From Candidatus Saccharimonadales bacterium (GTDB lineage: Bacteria > Patescibacteriota > Saccharimonadia > Saccharimonadales > OMJO01), in assembly GCA_035480035.1 (NCBI GenBank), contig DATIID010000001.1, forward strand, positions 329,323 to 393,322: 64,000 nt of DNA, in the 5' to 3' direction. Both the position numbers and the translations under genes were made by a program. Each line of letters starts with the position of its first letter. Positions within the stretch are counted from its first letter, which is position 1. The notes under the pieces were generated by a model that did not search any database, was not told where the DNA came from, and was given only the letters and a program-made list of their open reading frames with translations. Shown here one piece after another: positions 61,343 to 64,000 of this stretch.

Positions 61343-64000
61343 CTAAAGTACTTTTTTAAGATATCCGCCAGTATATGATTTCGGGTTTTTGGCGACTTGT
61401 TCTGGTGTGCCTTCAGCAATAACAAAACCGCCGGCCTCCCCACCTTCAGGCCCCATGTCGATAATGTGATCGGCTGATTTAATGACATCGAGGTTATGTT
61501 CAATCACTATCATGCTATTGCCAGCGTTAACTAAAGCGTGCAACACATGTAAAAGCTTATCGACATCCGCCATATGTAGACCGGTGGTTGGTTCGTCCAA
61601 AATATAGAGCGTTCGACCAGTGGCACGACGTGATAACTCGCTGGCTAGTTTGATGCGTTGGGCTTCACCGCCGGATAGGGTGGTGGCTGGTTGGCCAAGT
61701 GCTATATAACCCAGACCAACATCGACTAAAGTCTGTAATTTACGAGCGATTGATGGAATGTTAGCAAAAAATTCTAAGGCCGTTTCACAGGTCATCCCCA
61801 AAACGTCACTAATAGTCTTGCCCTTATAATGAATTTCCAATGCTTCACGATTGTAACGCTTGCCGTTGCATTCTTCGCAAGTTACATAAACATCCGGCAA
61901 GAAGTGCATTTCAATTTTAATAATGCCGTCGCCAGAACAGTTTTCGCAGCGACCACCACGTACATTAAAACTGAACCGGCCTGGACCGTAACCACGCAGT
62001 TTAGCTTCCGGTACGCTGGCGAATAATTCACGAATTGGCGTAAATAAGCCGGTGTAGGTCGCCGGATTAGACCGTGGCGTGCGACCAATTGGTGATTGGT
62101 CAATAATTATTACTTTATCAAGGTGCTCCAAACCTTCAATGTCATCGTGTTTGCCGGGTACTGTGTTGGCCCGCATCAGACGAGCTGACAATTCTTTGGC
62201 TAAAATGTCATTTATTAAACTAGACTTACCAGAACCGGACACGCCGCTAACGACAATTAATTCACCGAGCGGAATTTCGACATTAATTTTTTTAAGATTA
62301 TTTTCTCCTGCGCCTTTGATTACAAGCTTTTTAGCATTGCCGGTGCGACGTTTTTTAGGTGTAGCTATAGTTTTTTCACCACGCAAATATTGTCCAGTAA
62401 TACTTTTTTCAGATTTGGCAACATCGATCGGCTTACCTTCGGCCACGACCTCACCACCATGAATACCCGCGCCCGGACCGATATCCAGTAGATAATCGGC
62501 GGTTCGAATAGTTTCTTCATCATGTTCGACAACTAAAACTGTATTGCCTAAATCTCTAAGATGCTTAAGCGTTGCTATCAAGCGAGCATTGTCACGCTGA
62601 TGCAGGCCGATTGATGGTTCATCCAAAACATACAACACACCCATTAACCCAGAACCGATCTGGGTCGCCAAACGAATTCGCTGCGCTTCACCGCCTGACA
62701 AAGTTACGGCACTTCGCAGTAGGTTCAAATAATTCAAGCCAACATCTTGCATGAATTTTAACCGGGCCTTAATTTCTTTTAGGATTTGTTTGGCAATCTG
62801 GGCCTCAGCACCATCAAGCTTCATTTCATCAAAAAATTTGTAAGCATCATCAATTGATAACTCACACAAATCCATAATTGATTTTGTCTTAACCGTAATC
62901 GCCAATACTTCGGGTTTGAGACGACGGCCATGGCAGGCATGGCAGGGTTTCTCGCGCATAAACCGTTCAATATCGCGACGCATAAAATCACTTTCAGTTT
63001 CTTTATGGCGGCGTTCGAGATTCGGAATCACGCCTTCGTAAGTCGTTTCAAAAGATCGGCCGACACCTAGCGAAACTCGAAATCGCTCTGAACCCGTGCC
63101 ATATAAAATCCGATTCAAATCGTCTGGTTTAAGCTGGCTTGTCGGCACATGCAAACTAAAGCCATGACTATCTGCCACAGCTTGCATTTTTTTTACGTAC
63201 CAGGCATCAGCATTGATTCGATTGAATGGCCGAATAGCACCTTCGGCAATTGTTAGCCGGCCATTGGGGATAACCAATTCCGGATCAACTTCCAGTCGTG
63301 AGCCCAAACCAGTACAAACTGGACAGGCTCCGTGCGGGCTGTTAAAACTGAATGTACGCGGTTCAAGTTCTGGGATAGTTACGTCCGGATGATCAACGCA
63401 AGCATATTGCAAACTGAATTCGTGTAACTGATTGTCATCGACGTTTAATACTCTTAGCCGGCCATCAGCCAAATCTAAGGCTTGCTCGATACTCTGAGTA
63501 AGTCGGCCGCGGCTATCATAGTTGTTTACCAGCCGGTCTGCCACGATCTCGATAGTATGTTTGAATTTCTTATCTAGTTCAGGAAATTCATCAAGCGAAT
63601 AGACCACGCTATCAATTCTGGCTCGGGCAAAACCGGCGCGGCCGAACTGTTCTGGGATATGTTCGAAAGCACCCTTTTTATCTATTACAACTGGCGCAAG
63701 AATCATTAATTTGGCGCCTTCTGGTAAGCCAACCACTTGATCAACAATAGCCGCCGGAGTTTGACGGGCCACTACTTTACCGCAAACTGGACAATGCGGT
63801 ATGCCAATCCGAGCAAACAACAATCGTAAATAGTCATAAATTTCGGTAACTGTAGCGACAGTTGACCGGGGGTTCCGGCTAGTTGACTTTTGGTCAATGC
63901 TTATCGCTGGACTGAGACCGTTAATTTGATCGACATCTGGTTTTTCCATGAGGCCTAAGAACTGACGGGCATAAGCACTCAATGACTCAACGTAACGGCG
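61343..64000 (-). CDS. uvrA: Excinuclease ABC subunit A, N-terminus outside the window
   Basis: The frame stays open to the window edge (…RRYVESLSAYARQFLG…). It has two ABC modules (LSGGEAQR twice), Zn modules and GVSGSGKSS. Confidence 0.9.
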   Translation of the reverse strand, partial: RRYVESLSAYARQFLGLMEKPDVDQINGLSPAISIDQKSTSRNPRSTVATVTEIYDYLRLLFARIGIPHCPVCGKVVARQTPAAIVDQVVGLPEGAKLMILAPVVIDKKGAFEHIPEQFGRAGFARARIDSVVYSLDEFPELDKKFKHTIEIVADRLVNNYDSRGRLTQSIEQALDLADGRLRVLNVDDNQLHEFSLQYACVDHPDVTIPELEPRTFSFNSPHGACPVCTGLGSRLEVDPELVIPNGRLTIAEGAIRPFNRINADAWYVKKMQAVADSHGFSLHVPTSQLKPDDLNRILYGTGSERFRVSLGVGRSFETTYEGVIPNLERRHKETESDFMRRDIERFMREKPCHACHGRRLKPEVLAITVKTKSIMDLCELSIDDAYKFFDEMKLDGAEAQIAKQILKEIKARLKFMQDVGLNYLNLLRSAVTLSGGEAQRIRLATQIGSGLMGVLYVLDEPSIGLHQRDNARLIATLKHLRDLGNTVLVVEHDEETIRTADYLLDIGPGAGIHGGEVVAEGKPIDVAKSEKSITGQYLRGEKTIATPKKRRTGNAKKLVIKGAGENNLKKINVEIPLGELIVVSGVSGSGKSSLINDILAKELSARLMRANTVPGKHDDIEGLEHLDKVIIIDQSPIGRTPRSNPATYTGLFTPIRELFASVPEAKLRGYGPGRFSFNVRGGRCENCSGDGIIKIEMHFLPDVYVTCEECNGKRYNREALEIHYKGKTISDVLGMTCETALEFFANIPSIARKLQTLVDVGLGYIALGQPATTLSGGEAQRIKLASELSRRATGRTLYILDEPTTGLHMADVDKLLHVLHALVNAGNSMIVIEHNLDVIKSADHIIDMGPEGGEAGGFVIAEGTPEQVAKNPKSYTGGYLKKVL

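Overview
This window looks like a mostly housekeeping chromosome segment from a small-genome, moderately AT-rich bacterium. It reads cleanly in the standard bacterial code. The gene content points to Patescibacteria/CPR, possibly a Saccharibacteria-like organism. That call is inference and rests on short operons, many membrane-anchored hypothetical proteins, a LemA-HtpX pair, a FemAB/Mur-ligase wall cluster, an orphan solute-binding protein and almost no biosynthesis genes.

Recognisable genes:
- DNA repair and replication: rarA (3' part), ligA, uvrC, uvrA (partial).
- Translation and RNA: typA, an rpsP-KH-trmD block, rnc, nusB, rpmF (missed by the ORF track), leuS, trhO, rplY.
- Redox: sodC, two GlcD-like FAD oxidases, NDH-2.
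- Envelope and membrane: a MacB-type ABC pair, a wall-peptide cluster (deacetylase, FemAB, DegT, hydrolase, Mur ligase), htpX, lemA, a surface-glycan cluster (Ppm-like GT2, GtrA-GT2 synthase, GT39, GlxA-like copper radical oxidase), secG, dedA.
- Other: two tandem receiver-only response regulators, two Nudix proteins, a WhiB-like regulator, MazG, an SPFH protein, pepP.

There are nine tRNA genes, all with encoded CCA: Gln, Ala, Val, Gly, Phe, Leu x3, Cys. I saw no rRNA, CRISPR array, transposase or integrase.

Most notable observations:
1. LeuS carries a complete Nudix box/domain inserted after its CP1 editing domain.
2. The tRNA loci are unusual. Four intact tRNAs are each followed by a decayed or interrupted copy of their own 3' part. 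One tRNA-Leu(CAG) sits between the two halves of a second, self-consistent tRNA-Leu-like gene. That outer gene also carries two copies of a 36-39 nt hairpin element whose stems covary.
3. Several genes have an actinobacterial flavour: WhiB-like, a cslA/glxA-like pair, and Ppm/Pmt-like transferases.
4. sodC lacks a signal sequence, but a 40-codon transmembrane ORF overlaps its start on an A5 run.
5. tRNA-Gly has the G19:C56 elbow pair replaced by U:A.

All functional calls come from reading the translated sequences by eye. No database search was run.
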